A model generated the notes under the pieces. That model was not told the origin of the DNA, made no database searches, and worked only from the letters and a program-made list of their open reading frames with translations. The position numbers were made by a program, and so were the translations under genes. 63,194 nucleotides of DNA from Asterionella formosa (lineage: Eukaryota): assembly GCA_002256025.1 (NCBI GenBank), contig NKIB01013171.1, positions 1-63,194 on the forward strand, in the 5' to 3' direction. How positions within the stretch are numbered: the stretch's first letter is position 1; every line of letters starts with the position of its first letter. Of the stretch, positions 34,915-48,281 are shown one piece after another.

Positions 34915-36627
34915 CTAGTTTGGTAACCATTCCTGGAAAAAATCTTCTCCCTTATCATCCACTACAATAAATGCAGGAAAGTTTTCAACCTCAATTTTCC
35001 AAACAGCTTCCATTCCATCCTCTTCATTGTCCAACACCTCCACATGCTTGATGCAATTTTTAGCCAAAATGGCAGCAGGACCCCCAATGGATCCCAAATA
35101 GAAACCCCCATACTTCTTACAAGCATTCGTCACCTGTCGTGATCGGTTTCCCTTGGCCAAACTGATGTACGAACCTCCTTCTTGCATAAATCGATCTACG
35201 TACGCGTCCATTCGTCCAGCAGTCGTGGGTCCAAACGACCCAGATGCATACCCTTCGGGGGTCTTGGCAGGACCTGCATAGTAAATAATGTGATCCTTGG
35301 CATATTGAGGAAGACCCTGTCCATCCTCAATTTTCTTTAGCATCTTGGCATGAGCAATATCACGAGCTACGACAATGGTCCCAGTCAAGGACAATCTCGT
35401 TCGAATAGGATATTTAGACAACTTCTCACGGAGCTCTTTCATGTTCATCGTATCCATGTTGATAGCCACGACATGTTCCGACAAGGCATCTTCAGTCACG
35501 TCAGGTATGTACTGGGACACGTCCTCTTCCAGGCGTTCCAAGAAAACGCCCTCCTTGGTGATCTTGCCCAAAATCTGTCGATCCGCACTACAGCTGACAC
35601 CAATACCAACAGGACAGGATGCTCCATGGCGAGGCAGTCGGACCACTCGTATATCGTGACAGAAGTACTTGCCTCCAAACTGGGCCCCAATACCGAGACC
35701 TCGAGTCATTTTCAAAATGTACTCTTCCCACGCAGTATCTCGAAACGCACGGCCGCTGGCATCACCCGTAGTTGGAAGATCATCGTAGTACTTGGTAGAC
35801 GCGAGCTTGACGGTCTTGAGGGTTAGCTCAGCAGACAAGCCTCCGATCACAATAGCCAAATGGTAAGGAGGACAAGCCGACGTTCCAATCGTCTTGATCT
35901 TTTCTTCCAAAAAGGCTTCGAGTGACCCGGTGTTCAACAAGGCCTTGGTTTGTTGGTACAAAAAAGTCTTGTTTGCCGACCCTCCACCCTTGGCTATGAA
36001 CATGAACTTGTACTCATCCCCCGACGACGCATACAAATCCACTTGAGCCGGTAAGTTAGTTCCCGTATTCTTCTCAGTAAACATATCCAAGGGCGCTACT
36101 TGAGAATAGCGCAAATTAAGCTCCGTGTAGGCGTCGTAGGCGCCCCCTGCTAGATACTCCTCATCATTGCCATCGGTCAAGACTCTGTGACCTCGCTTGC
36201 CCATGACAATCGCAGTCCCGGTGTCTTGACAGCCTGGCAAGACACGAGCAGAAGCAATACTCGCATTCTTCAACAGCTCCATGGCAACAAAGTTGTCGTT
36301 TGCGGATGCGTCGGGGTCGTCCAGAATGTTGCGAAGTTGTTGGAGATGAGCGGGTCGGAGCAAATGCGCAATGTCGGCAAATGCGTGTTTCGACAAGACT
36401 CGCATGGCGTCACCAGGGACGGAGAGAAACTCCTGACCGTTGACTTGAACTGTTCGAACTGCTTCTTTCGGGAGGATCTGCTTCCATTCTTGAGGGCCGT
36501 TTTTGTAAATGTTGGATTGAAAGAGCGGTTCGAATTGAAACGCGGGGGGTTTGGAAGACAGCGCTCTGCTGCGGAATCTGATGGCGAAGCTGGCTTTCAG
36601 CGGACGAGAACCAACGAGGGACAACAT
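34915..36627 (-). CDS. fumA: Class I (Fe-S) fumarate hydratase, mitochondrial
   Basis: 570 aa; [52 protein letters not shown]; Arg/Ser-rich presequence. Confidence 0.93.
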   Translation of the reverse strand: MLSLVGSRPLKASFAIRFRSRALSSKPPAFQFEPLFQSNIYKNGPQEWKQILPKEAVRTVQVNGQEFLSVPGDAMRVLSKHAFADIAHLLRPAHLQQLRNILDDPDASANDNFVAMELLKNASIASARVLPGCQDTGTAIVMGKRGHRVLTDGNDEEYLAGGAYDAYTELNLRYSQVAPLDMFTEKNTGTNLPAQVDLYASSGDEYKFMFIAKGGGSANKTFLYQQTKALLNTGSLEAFLEEKIKTIGTSACPPYHLAIVIGGLSAELTLKTVKLASTKYYDDLPTTGDASGRAFRDTAWEEYILKMTRGLGIGAQFGGKYFCHDIRVVRLPRHGASCPVGIGVSCSADRQILGKITKEGVFLERLEEDVSQYIPDVTEDALSEHVVAINMDTMNMKELREKLSKYPIRTRLSLTGTIVVARDIAHAKMLKKIEDGQGLPQYAKDHIIYYAGPAKTPEGYASGSFGPTTAGRMDAYVDRFMQEGGSYISLAKGNRSRQVTNACKKYGGFYLGSIGGPAAILAKNCIKHVEVLDNEEDGMEAVWKIEVENFPAFIVVDDKGEDFFQEWLPN

Positions 36628-37125
36628 CTTATAACCTAGGGCGACCTAAGACCTCTATTGTGCTGGCGCTGAAAAGCGATGGACGCAATCTTTCATTTAC
36701 CGTCGGAGGAAAATGAAAAAAAGAGCGAACTGATGGTTTGTTATGCAAAAACATAGATTATTATTATAGACGGACTTCGAGAAGATTAGCTTTTTCTACC
36801 GTCTCCATGAATACCCGGTACATACCGGTACTTGTTTCACAAACAAGGAATGGTGGTTCTTGAAATGCACCAGAATAAGAATATTGTGAGAAATAGAATA
36901 CGAATAATAAAGACTGCTGGCTGCTCCTCTCATGTATCATGATTTACTGTTTTCAATTGGCTGGTAGGGCCGAACAACGGATTACCTGGTTCTAGTACCT
37001 AGACTAGTTTTTCTGGATACATACAGACACACACATACTAAACAGATAATAACATCATAAAATAAGTAAGCAATAATGTTTTGATTCCCGGTGTTTCGGT
37101 TATAAAGCATTTGTTTATTTTTTCT

Positions 37126-40100
37126 TCACCTACTTTTTTCTCGAAAAGGGAAAAGATCTGCAAGAGCTTTCACTCCTTCCGGCACTGAAGAGGTATTGAC
37201 CTGATGTCTAGGCTCAGTTGCTCTGTTTACACCTATGCCATCACCAACCACAGATAAATTTGCACCACCAGGACCAGGGACATTGAGTTGTGCTATTCGG
37301 AGGTCTACAGGTAACGACGGTGCATTGTATCGCATGCCCAGCTGCTTCTGAACTTCCAGGCAATAACTAAACAAGTCAGCCTTACTTTGAAGGATAGGCA
37401 ATACGTTCTGCCAACCCTCTCGATGCTGACATGAAATAACATACTCGATGAAACCAAGGTCAGACTCCACTCTTGCGGCGCGAATGCCACCCATTGCCAT
37501 CCATTCTCGAGGTCTAGCCTTCACAAAGGCTTCCACTGTCTTTCGAAACAACTGTACCTTGGCGTAAGGAACGTCCACACCAAATTTGAGATTCAGATAA
37601 ACACAAGCTTTCGGGGATCTAGCAGCATTGATGATTCGTGAAATCGCCAGTGAGCCGTTTGCAAGCGTCGCTACCTCGTTGGTATTGGCATATCGCACCG
37701 TTGTAGTGTACAGGTCTACTTTCTCGACAAACCAACCCGCGGATCCGTCAGCACTGGTATCGACGTTAGGGTCTGAAATGGCAATTCGATCGCCGATGTC
37801 ATACGGCTGCCGAACCAAAATGAATAGAATACCCTGGAAGGAGTAGAGTGGATTAGAAAGTTGAAATGGTTTATAAGTGATTGAAGCGTCGTATCACTAA
37901 CCTCAAAGTATTTTGCACTGGCTGCGCCAATCATGAAGGCAAAAGCGATTATAACACTCGACAAGGAAAGGAAGAACGCCAGCGGATTAACCTTAAATGA
38001 TGCCAAAATTATGCAGAACACAAAAAAATAAAACACAACATTGATCATGATCTCGGTAGCATGGCCAATCTGTGATGAGTTGCTGATAGATGCCCGAAGC
38101 AGGCGGAGTGACTTGTAAACTGTATCGACCGACTTGACAAATTCAAGCATCGTCAATTTACCATCTCGGCTGGGGCGGAACAACCGAATAAGATCTTTCA
38201 TCTTCGCTGGGTCAATCTCATCAACATCAAGTCCATCGCTATCTGCCTTTGCCAACACTGAAATCGTTGAGAAATCCAGGACTCCTGTAGATTTTAATGA
38301 ATCTTCAAGCAGGAGCCGACGATATACACCTTGCGAAGACTCAATGCAATGCTCTCTTGTATCAGCGAGGCCGAACGCAGTTGCAAATGGAAAAGATAGG
38401 TCCATGAAAGCAAGAGATTGACGGAATTGGAGGATTGCACTGATGGAAATCTTTTGCTGAATGGAAACGAAAAAAAGGTAAGTCAAGCAATAGTTGGGAA
38501 CGGACGACTCATTAAGGAAATACCTACAGGTCTCCCTGGGTCGCGCTCTGGCTCCTCCCATGCTTCCAGAAGTTGCACAATTTTCATCTTTTCCGACTCA
38601 TTCAGCATGCCGTTGATTTGATTTCTCCTGTCATTCAAATTTTCTGGCGATGCCCCACTTTTGATTCCCCCCGTCTGATTTGAACATAGACGGTGATGAG
38701 GTGATTTAGCCCTTTCATCGTCATTCTGATCATCTTCTTCGTCTAATCCGGTATCATTGAATCCTCCCCAATTCCAATCGAAGATTCCAGTTTGGCGAAG
38801 TCGTGGAGTAATATCGGAGAAATTCGGATCTTGCAACAGTCTTTCGAACTCACGCCCTAATGCAGCAACCTGGCTGATAATAATCATTTGATGAATAACC
38901 TTGGCAAGTTGGTTGCCATAGATAGCTGTACACGTACGATGCATTAGCAAAAGGGTAACGTGATGGATGAAGGAAGGAAATTTGAAATTTTCAACACACT
39001 TACCATACGTTCGTCGACCCAAGTATAACCCAACCAGAAATCGCTTGATGCCTACAACAACTCCAAATATTAAGGCAACTTCCAGGGCACGATAGTTCCA
39101 CCACGAGTTTGGAATATCTCCAGCTGGATTATTCTCATTAAAAATATCCAAGCCACTCTGAAAGAAAAGCCAATGCCTTGCGAAGTAGTTCACTCCACTG
39201 TTCAGGATAAACGAATAAAATGCCCAAACGGATAGCTGAAATGGCCACCCTTTGGACTGCACAATCATTAGTGTTGCAGAAGGTCCTATCAATCGAAGGA
39301 AAAACGATGTCTTCAAGGCCAAAAAGTCAACGACAAAAAGTTCGGTGCCCAATCCAAGTGAGAATGCGATGAACTGCCGGACGATCAGGAAATTAAGGAA
39401 CCAAGAAACAGACGGGCACGAATCTTTGTCGGTTTGCTTTGCCACACACCCCACAGCCATACTCGGATTTCCTAAGCCATGAAAGAGTAAGAACGATATC
39501 CCAAGAGTTGGTATGAATATGTAAAGAAAAGACAGTCGGGCAAACAACTTTATCGACGCTGCTCGTGATTTCCAACAAGTGTTCAAAACCCCAAAGTTTT
39601 CCCTCGTAACGAAGATGGCTTGCTTCATAGTGTTAGGAAAGTTCATGGCCGATTTGACGGTGTCAGAAATTGTCTCAGCACACTTCTTTAATGGCATTAC
39701 AATTTTGCACCAACAACGCTGTGGGTTGTCGTCTAGCTTCTCCTTTCCAGGTAAGGCATTCTCACCCGCCTCGATGTCAATTTCCACTTCGACATCATGC
39801 TGAGATAAATCATTTATCCTTTCGGGGATATCATTGAGGTATGGCCCTGCTGATAAGTCCAAATTGATATTCGGCTTTCGCTGGGCATCAGGATCGACAG
39901 GCGGAATCTTCGTTGGCACTTCTAACAAGGGCTGATACTGCTGATTCTGTGTGTTAGCACTTAGCTGCTGGCGAAACAATAGATTTGCATTGTGCACAAA
40001 TGTGTCTTCATTGTTGACGGGTTCATCGTCCAGCGCTGCTCCGGGACTGCCAATGTCGTGTGACGGAAGGCGTCGTCGAACTGACGATGGTTCGGTAACT

Positions 40101-41401
40101 TTCGATGGCTCGTCGCTAGCCGAGTGAATTTCTCTCATGACCGTCGTCAAGTCTTGGAGCGTTGATTCCAAAGAAGCCTGATCGCTCCGACTCGCAATAG
40201 TATGCCTTGACTGCACTCGATGATGTCCAGGCTTGGAAAATTTGGTACTTGCTTTGGAGCCAACGTCCGAATTCTTCCTTCTACGTTGTGACAACGATGG
40301 CTTAGTCTCGGCAATTGTAGCTTTGGTGATTCCCAATGGAGTATGCATTGAAACGCTATCTCCTCGCAAAAACTTTTTTGCTACGCTGCAATTGTCCGGC
40401 ACGCTGTAATTGTCTTTTTTTTCATCGGCTTCTGCCACTGGGTCACTACCCTCAATGCTGAGCGTCTCGTTACCCATGGATTCTTGAAATGAGTGCGCAG
40501 CATCATCCGGTACGCTGGGTAACATCATTTCTCGCGCACTCAGTTGCTTTTGTTGATGGTCTTCGATTGCATTCAAAATTGCAGTCTCGGCCTCAGTTTC
40601 AATCGGTGACAAAATATCAGCCAAAGTAAAGTTCTGAAACTGCATAGCTTTGGGAGGCGCTGGCTGTATCGATTGAGACGCTGCTAGAAGTCCCAGAGAA
40701 TCAACTATTTGCTTCCGCCCACCCGATACTTTCTGGAGAGGCGGTGAGTCGTCTAACAAAATGGGCTGTAAAATGTCCGGAGGATGCAACTGGGCTTCCA
40801 AGACGGGGGAACCCTCGCATGTTTGATCCCAACTCACGGATCTCGTGCGATGTCTACGGTGCGGTTTCCTTTCCACAATTCTAAAAGGTAATTCTCCATC
40901 ACTATCGCTGGTATCAGTGAGAGCCGAGAGGAAGGAGGAATCCCCTGTGGACTTTTCTCGTTTATGATGATTCGAACTGGTCGACGTGGCATTACTCGCT
41001 TGTCGAATTTGTGCGAGAGTGAACTGAGGATGAGGAGCGAGTGGAGGCCGGCCCCTCGATTTGATAGAGTGATGCGAATGCACACTCTCGTCGCCAGTTT
41101 GGAATATCGGCGGAGTCTCTTGCTTTAGGAGTGGCGGCGACAAGGTCATTGGAGTATTCATGTAGCTGGGCGGCGTTGTCGTCTGCTCGTCCTCTTCCAT
41201 GGAGCGCCTCGTCGAGCTCATAATATGCTCTCCAAAGAGTGAGTTGGAGCTGCCGACTCTGGGCGGAAGACGAGAACTCGGCGAGTTTATGAAATAAGAA
41301 GGAGTTCCAGGCGGGGTGAACATGGCGCCAACGTCATCACTGTCGATATACTCGTTCTCCGCGTCGTCGTGTCGCTGAGAGGACCCCTCGCTGTCCGACA
41401 T
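37126..41401 (-). CDS. MscS-like mechanosensitive channel (MSL) with EF-hand-like motif and long disordered N-terminus; about 1352 aa, 4 exons
   Basis: Exons 41401-39004, 38925-38528, 38456-37902 and 37833-37126 join in frame; TM block then AFAFMIGAASAKYFE-GILFILVRQPYDIGDRI, VEKVDLYTTTVR, NGSLAISRIINAARS; FRPSRDGKLTMLEF. Confidence 0.88.
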
Positions 41402-42605
41402 TCTGGTCTATGAAAAAATCAGCGTTGCGAGCATTCCTTACAGTGGAGCGAGAGTATTAGTATGAGGCTCAATGATTGTGAACCATTTACTACGACATCG
41501 ACCACTTTGTTTCCGCTTCCAGAATTGAGAACAACGAAGAAAACTGAAAATAATACAAAATAGGACCTCCTCGTCCTCCTCCTTTCCACAGAGTGCTGAT
41601 TTTTTCATTCATATACCGGTATGTGCGTACATAAATCAGACCCCTTCTTATTATTGATGACAGCTGATTGATTTACTACTATGATGTATGTGATCAACAA
41701 AATACTGTACCTTGTACACATTATTATAATAGAATCTACATTTATATTGTCAGCTTTAAATCAAATTTTCTAAAAGTTACAACTGGCAGCACGTTGTAGG
41801 AGTGCATCGAGCAAACAAAAGGACGAAATTACTAGTAACATCACCAGCTGCCCACTCCCAGAGAAATATTTTACCCAGAAGACCCACCAAGGCAAGAAGG
41901 AGCAGCAGTTGGGGGGGGGGGGGGGAGAATTGCCAAGTCTGTTCGTTGAGGATACCAGTGGTGAAAAGGTTTGGTTGGTTGTCACTTCCTCATGTGGAAG
42001 TAGTTTAAAGAAATTGTGGTAGCTTTGTTCTTGGTTCAGTTCTCTATGACTGCACTTCTCGTGTCAGCTGGAGAATGGGATGGTGAGTGTGGATTGGGTT
42101 CAAGATTTCCATTTTGGCCCCACTTCTTGTGATTCAATTTGAAGTCTCCATAAGAATTGGTGATTCCAGGGCTTCCAACTCATTGTTTTTAACTTTGCCT
42201 TCATTTATCACAAAAATTATTGCTTTTAGCAGCACATCCAGCTCTGGCGCAATTTCATTGTCAGTGACTTCTTTATTTCCCTGTCTTCTTCTTTATTCTT
42301 GCTAATGTTTAGCATTTTGCCATTCTTGTATTCTTCTTGCACTGTAATAGTGCTCACTGTAGGAAAAAGGGGTTAAACTTCTTCTTCTCTTTTCTCTTGT
42401 TGCTGCCTTTGCCTGGTTCTTCTTCTGTTTGCATTGCATTGTGTTGATACCAATGCCATGAATTCCCCAGCTGTGCATAGCACTTGTGTAAAACGCCAAA
42501 TTGACATCCATGCAATTGCTATTTTTTGCCGCTCCTGCATTAATCCTGTTGGAGCAACACGAGCACATGCTTTTTCTTGCAAGAAAATGGTCATTAATGG
42601 ATATA

Positions 42606-42699
42606 CTGCAAGTTGCAGTCATTTTGCTTAAATCAACAATTTAATCTGGGATAAAGATAGCTACATCTTTAGTTCAGCAAAATGATGACAACTTGCTGG
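42606..42699. mobile_element. Mini-MITE, family A, second (more decayed) copy
   Basis: CTGCAAGTTGCAGTCATTTTGCTTAAATCAACAATTTAA...CAGCAAAATGATGACAACTTGCTGG, colinear with 9864-9964. Confidence 0.7.
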
Positions 42700-42973
42700 C
42701 ATACATTACCTGGTACTGTGGATATGAACACAAGGGCAATATTTTGAGCCCTTTTGGATTTGATGGAACAACCACAGTAATGCTCAATATCACAAGGCAT
42801 CATATCATGGGTATTGATAGTTTGTTAAATTGTCTTGGAAATAGCTGGCTGTTTCCAATCATTGAGGGCTAATCTACAGTTTTTGTAGCTGAACCTGACA
42901 GCAGCACAAAAAGAAAGTATACATCTGTGTTAATGTATTACTGAGTTAAGAATATTTCAAATCAGAGACACAC

Positions 42974-44453
42974 TTATGCAAGGATTGAAGCATGGTAAGG
43001 GACGTAGCTTAAATCACCGACAGCTGCCAATGATGGATTTGATGTTTGCATAACAACAAAGGCATCAGTCACATCCTTTTCAGAAACAGCATCATATGCA
43101 GCAGAGACTCCTCCAAAACTTCCACTCTCAAGAACTCCCTTGGTCATGGCAACCGCCAGAGCCTGAGAACCATTCTCCAATCCAAGACATGCTTCGGCCT
43201 TGGCCAAGGCCTTTGCACGCTTGATAATATCAGCAGAAGGAGTGGCTAGAGATCCTTTCAGAGACTCAAACATGGTTCCTGCATCAGAAGCTGGTGACGT
43301 GCCGTAAACTCCAATTAAGCTTGAACTAGTGAAAGCAGAAACTCCTCTCAAAGCCATACAATGCTTGACAACATTGGCGACGGCTGAACGGGAAGGTCCC
43401 GGCATTCCCAAAGCAACATGCGTGAAATAAGTGCCGGGAATATGAAGTCGACTCTCACCACCCATGTAAACCGCTGCGACAGCCGAAACCCCTTGCCCCA
43501 CTGGTGCCTCTGACAAGCCCTCTTCACATGCGGCAGCAAAGGCCGCATGATCGGCAATACCGGTGGCTGCCAAAACTGCCCCCTTTAATCCATATGCACG
43601 TTCGTGGAAACTCTTAATGGCGGATGTGCCGGCATCGGCAGAGTATAGAGGACGGCCCATGATACTCTGGGGTCCGTAAGCAGCAGCAAAAAGGCCTTCG
43701 GTCAGGGAAACTTGAGGCGACTGGGCAGCAACCTGAATTTCAAGCTTAGCAAAAGTCTTGGCATCTCGGACATCCCATTTCTCAAATGTGCAGTCCGTAG
43801 CCAACAGAGGAACCAAGCGGGCTGCCTTTTCAGGAGCGATAGTGAATCCAATAGTGGCCGAAGTGCGATCGACCGAGGTGAACGTCGCCCCGCCGTCGGC
43901 ATCAATGTTTCTCAAAATCACGGCAGTAGAGAGTCCACTTCCGCTTCGGAACATCATGCACTTGTTGATTAAAGCAGCCCCAGACTGGTCGAAGCCCTCA
44001 CTTCCTGAACCTGCACCAGGGAAGGTCATGGTCACCGTAGAAGTGCTGGCGCCGTTCTCGGTCACAACAACGGCACCATTTGAGAGCGTGGACACCATTG
44101 GAGTGCTCGCCCTTGCAGATTCTGGTCGAAGGGCAGGAAGTCTACGAAGTGAAGCATGCAATGTCAGTTAGCAAACTACGAATTTTCCACGGAGAACTAT
44201 ATAATAGACCAATTCCTGGTTGCTCACGATAGTCAATGCAGAAGCCACAACGCCGTGAATAATCGAGCGAGCTACATTCCAATCTGTCGAGGAGTCCCTG
44301 TAAGGCTAAAATATCAGAGTTCAGTTGGCAGCACCGATTCGTTGAGAATTACGCTCACCCTGGGAACTCCTCAAGCATCGAGACAAGAGCAGATAGCTCC
44401 CTTTGAGAAGAAACGGCCCGCCGATGGGCAACGGCAAGGATTCGACCTAACAT
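42974..44453 (-). CDS. Non-catalytic M16B protein: mitochondrial processing peptidase alpha / bc1 core subunit 2; about 420 aa, 2 exons
   Basis: Exon 44453-44359 (MLGRILAVAHRRAVSSQR presequence), intron 44358-44142, exon 44141-42974; VSTLSNGAVVVTE, AGSGSE...GAALINK (no HxxEH), VYMGGESR, PSLAAVGDLSYVPY. Confidence 0.85.
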
Positions 44454-44832
44454 CGTCGCTGATTATACCGGTGTGTAAATCTGCTTGATGCACCGCTATC
44501 ATGTAGATTGCTTTCTTCGTAATGAAAACACCGGTAATATAATTGCTGCTGAAGTACCACGCACTGGTATTTATCACGATAGCTCGACCTGCTACTGGTA
44601 CCAGGTACCGGTACTAGGTCTACGATTTACCGGTCTGCTAGCTATGTATGGCGGCAACGTGGTAACTACAAACAGTATTATGTAGATACCACTTCTGTTC
44701 TTACCAGGTTATCTATGTAGCTATCTCTTTATCCCACCATGTTTTAGAATTTTAGTACCAGTATATTATTAATATGCTAAATAGCATGCTCACACTTTCT
44801 AATAAATCTCTGAATCCTGCCGACATCCCCCC

Positions 44833-45638
44833 ATGATGTTGACAAATCGCTACTTTCCTTCGCTCCTGCTTCTTTCGGCTCTTCTCCTGCTGTTTACCAA
44901 TCGTATACATGCTGGTGATGTCGTAGAGCTCAATGATTCCAACTTTGAACATCAAACACAGGTATATAAATAGTTAGATATCATTGTCATTTCGTTGGCA
45001 ATCTGCCATGAATTATTTCTAATGTGAAAGGAACTAACCTTTGTACATTCCCCAGGCTTCGACAGGAATGACCACAGGATCTTGGTTCATATTGTTCAAA
45101 GCAAAAAACTGTGCTCATTGCAAACGATTAGCGCCTGAATTTGCACGTTTAGCAAATGATGAAGAATTGCAAGCGGCCGGAGTTGTTTTGGCAACAGTGG
45201 ATGTACCCACGAATCGTCGCACATCGGTACGATTCGGAGTTCGGTAAGTTGGCATTGCGTGGCATGCATTCTTCTCTTTGCTGGAAAAACTCACACAGCA
45301 TACGCTTTAGTGGCTTTCCGTCATTGATATACTTGCACAAGGGAAAATTATACCGATTCAAGGGCAATCGATTATTTCCTCACTTGAAAGCTTTTCTCTT
45401 GAAAGGTGTTCCGTCTATGCAAGGGGAGATTATACCACAGCCATTAGGTGCCATTACAGAATTTATTCAAACAATAAAGGCAGCGGGAGTTGAATTCTAC
45501 GACCTTTCGAGTGGAAAGTCTGGGGTGGCGGGCATTGGAATTGTCATTTTGATGACACTATTCGTTGGCTTGATCCTTGCCTTGGTGGTCATGTGTTTCA
45601 TGCCAGGATCCAAAGGCAGCAAGGAAAAGAAATCGTAA
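44833..45638 (+). CDS. Thioredoxin-domain type I membrane protein (TMX/PDI-like); about 214 aa, 3 exons
   Basis: Exons 44833-44961, 45056-45243 and 45311-45638; signal peptide, VVELNDSNFEH, CAHC active site, GFP cis-Pro loop, C-terminal TM and KEKKS di-lysine-type tail. Confidence 0.85.
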
Positions 45639-45921
45639 ATAGATATTTAGACGACTGAGGTGCTGAATATGTAGCCGAAACTTTTGCAAATTCGAGCGTG
45701 TGAAACATAGTATGGTCTAGCTAAAAGGGGCAGAAACATGGCGGGTTTGGTTTTAAAGAAATTTATTTCATCTAGTAAACATTTAAGGAGTGCAGTTTGG
45801 ACACTATGTATGCGAGCGCGTTGTCGAGCAACTAATGTCGAAATGTGGCTGACTCTAATTCGATGACGAACTGAGCAGTTGTAGTTGGTTTCGTTTCGTG
45901 TATCGTACATTTTCTCGCTCG

Positions 45922-46881
45922 CTAATCGGTCTTCTGATCATTTGAAATCAAGTGAAGAAGAGCAAGAGCTTGATTGCCCCAAGCCACAAACAACCACGAA
46001 TGCAAGAGTGTGTTGATGGCCGCGAGTGACAAGTCAGTCGAATAAACTAAAAGTGAGTACATGGGCAACAATGGTGCGTTCAGAATGAACGCAACAATGC
46101 ATTGCCAGCGGTAAAACTCCGACACCTTTTCCCTGAGAATGAAGTATCCGAGTCCCATCATGTACGCAGTGGGAGGAACTTGGGTAATTCCAGCGACGAA
46201 AATATCACAAGCAGGTCTCTGGAAGCTTATAAATCCACATACGCACACAGCAGTCGTGAAACCGCCAAAACCAAGCCAGCACCACTCTGGAACAACTTTG
46301 CCTCCATAATGACGAGCTACCTCACTGCCACTTGATCCCATGAACCCTCCTGCAGCTGTCACTGTACCTACACAAATGGTCCACAAGACGCGAAAGCTCA
46401 GGGAATTCCGAGAGTCAATGGTTGTGTAGAACTGATGAGCCAGCCCTCCCGCCAAAACCGACAGAGCATAGCAGGTCAACAAACCAGCAGCCCTGTTCTT
46501 GAGTCTGGTAGCGGTCGAACGAGCTTTGAGACACAAGCATGCCAAGATGCACATGGCAACTGCTAGTGCATAGTCTGTTCCATAAGTCCAAATCGTATTG
46601 TCGAAGTGATGCCAACGTGCGTCGTAAGCGTAGAAAGCGGGGATGTAGATTTCCTTCGCGGCTTCAGGAGTCATCACATGAGGGAGGAAAAGCGAAAACG
46701 CGACAGTTCCCATGGAAAGCAGACTTCCCAGGAAAAGACCAAGTATAGGGGAGTCTGCAAAGACCTTGATAGACGTGACTGGATATATTGGCGACGCTCT
46801 GTAACCGTCTTTTCTCACTGCTGATAGAAGCGTTGTTGTCGACGATCCAATACTCTTCGTGTGGTCATCGGAGAGGCACAT
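45922..46881 (-). CDS. Uncharacterised multipass membrane protein, 319 aa
   Basis: Intact ORF with about 7-8 hydrophobic helices; motifs WTYGTDYALA, GGLAHQF, INTLLHSW. Confidence 0.75.
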   Translation of the reverse strand: MCLSDDHTKSIGSSTTTLLSAVRKDGYRASPIYPVTSIKVFADSPILGLFLGSLLSMGTVAFSLFLPHVMTPEAAKEIYIPAFYAYDARWHHFDNTIWTYGTDYALAVAMCILACLCLKARSTATRLKNRAAGLLTCYALSVLAGGLAHQFYTTIDSRNSLSFRVLWTICVGTVTAAGGFMGSSGSEVARHYGGKVVPEWCWLGFGGFTTAVCVCGFISFQRPACDIFVAGITQVPPTAYMMGLGYFILREKVSEFYRWQCIVAFILNAPLLPMYSLLVYSTDLSLAAINTLLHSWLFVAWGNQALALLHLISNDQKTD

Positions 46882-47149
46882 TGTTCCGTTTCCTTGATCG
46901 AATAAACTTCTTCTGGGGGATAACGCAGCTGGTTTACGATCAAAGTAGTTGTTTTAGTAACTGTCTTTGTTGCAACGTTTCAACCCAAAGTGTCTATGTT
47001 TAATGGCCATCGAGGAGAACAAAAACTTCTTTTAAGCCGCTATTTGCGGATACCCAATGAAATGTGAACAACGAGTGACGGAGTCGACTCAATACCAACC
47101 CGGAGGGATGACGGTCAATTTCGTTTTCTCCTTCGTCGTCAGCCTGTAA

Positions 47150-47790
47150 TACCAGTACAGTAGCTAAATGTACTGGTACACACTGGTAGGAGTGAACTTA
47201 CGATAGACGAAGATTCTGGTACGCACATTGCTTGTTGTTCCGGCACAGTATGTAGAATACCGGTGCCGGTACTACCAAACTCTGGCGCAGCTTCCGAGCT
47301 GGTAGGTACCTGGCACTGTATCTGTTACTCACTCCTTAGACATAGACCTGGTACCTGGTACTGAGGACCAGTAGCTAGAAGGAATCTGGTGTCCTGGTAT
47401 TACCAGGAAGGTCTGGTATACTTATGAAAAGATTTAGCTAAGTTTCTAGATTACCGGACATTCCAGGTACCAGTGTATGTAGGGTGATTACTGGTAGTTC
47501 CTGGTCCTAGGTTACGTGACAACAATCCAATTCTTGCACCAAGCAGTCTTGTGTTTTATGCTGAGCAATCATAATGCTGTGTCGGCCAGTTCACGATGCC
47601 TCGCTTCCCACGATTACTTGGCTGTAATAGGCAACGTATGTACCACCAGTATTACTCGTCCTGCGTTGTGTCAATTTGAGTGGTACCTGGTACCAGGTTA
47701 CCTGGGACCGTACCAGGGTACCAGGTACAAAGTAGATTACAGTTGCTTAGCCGGTACCTGCACTATTACTTGTTGTTTTACTGGTGCTCA
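47150..47790. repeat. TACC(A/T)GG palindromic micro-repeat array upstream of the 46881 gene
   Basis: For example GGTACCTGGTACCAGGTTACCTGGGACCGTACCAGGGTACCAGGTAC at about 47681-47728. Confidence 0.85.
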
Positions 47791-48281
47791 TTGACCAGGA
47801 AGCAAGTTCCAGTCATCAAATCAACTTGTTGTGCATCGCACTACAGCACATGCAAATAAAATGGCAATCATTGATTATGGTGGTTCTTTTCATTGTTTAC
47901 AGCTAAATTAAGATTTATTGTCACTGCGATTGTCAAGAGAAAAGAAATAAGAGGTTGATCGGAAATCGATTTCCTTCATAATTCAGACTTATGCTAATTT
48001 ATATTGTGAGCTGAAGTCTGAAATGTGACTAGGATTGGCTGAGAGATGAAAAGGATGAAAATCACAAAGTTACAAAAATATATTCTTCTGGAAGGTCAGT
48101 GAATTGCGTGCACTATATACTAAAAATTCCATGTAGCGGTTTCAAACTACTTCATTGGAAGTCTGACCAGCTCACCAATTCCTAAATGATGAAAAATCTC
48201 AAAATATTTCCATGTATTTACACTACCTGTAATCGTTATAAAGTTTCAAATGGAAAAGCGCTGCCACATTTCACAGCAGAA

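Noticed and set aside
34915..36627. Class I fumarase as recent bacterial transfer or contamination
   Set aside because: It has a mitochondrial presequence and sits among intron-containing genes; class I fumarases are known in diatoms and other protists.
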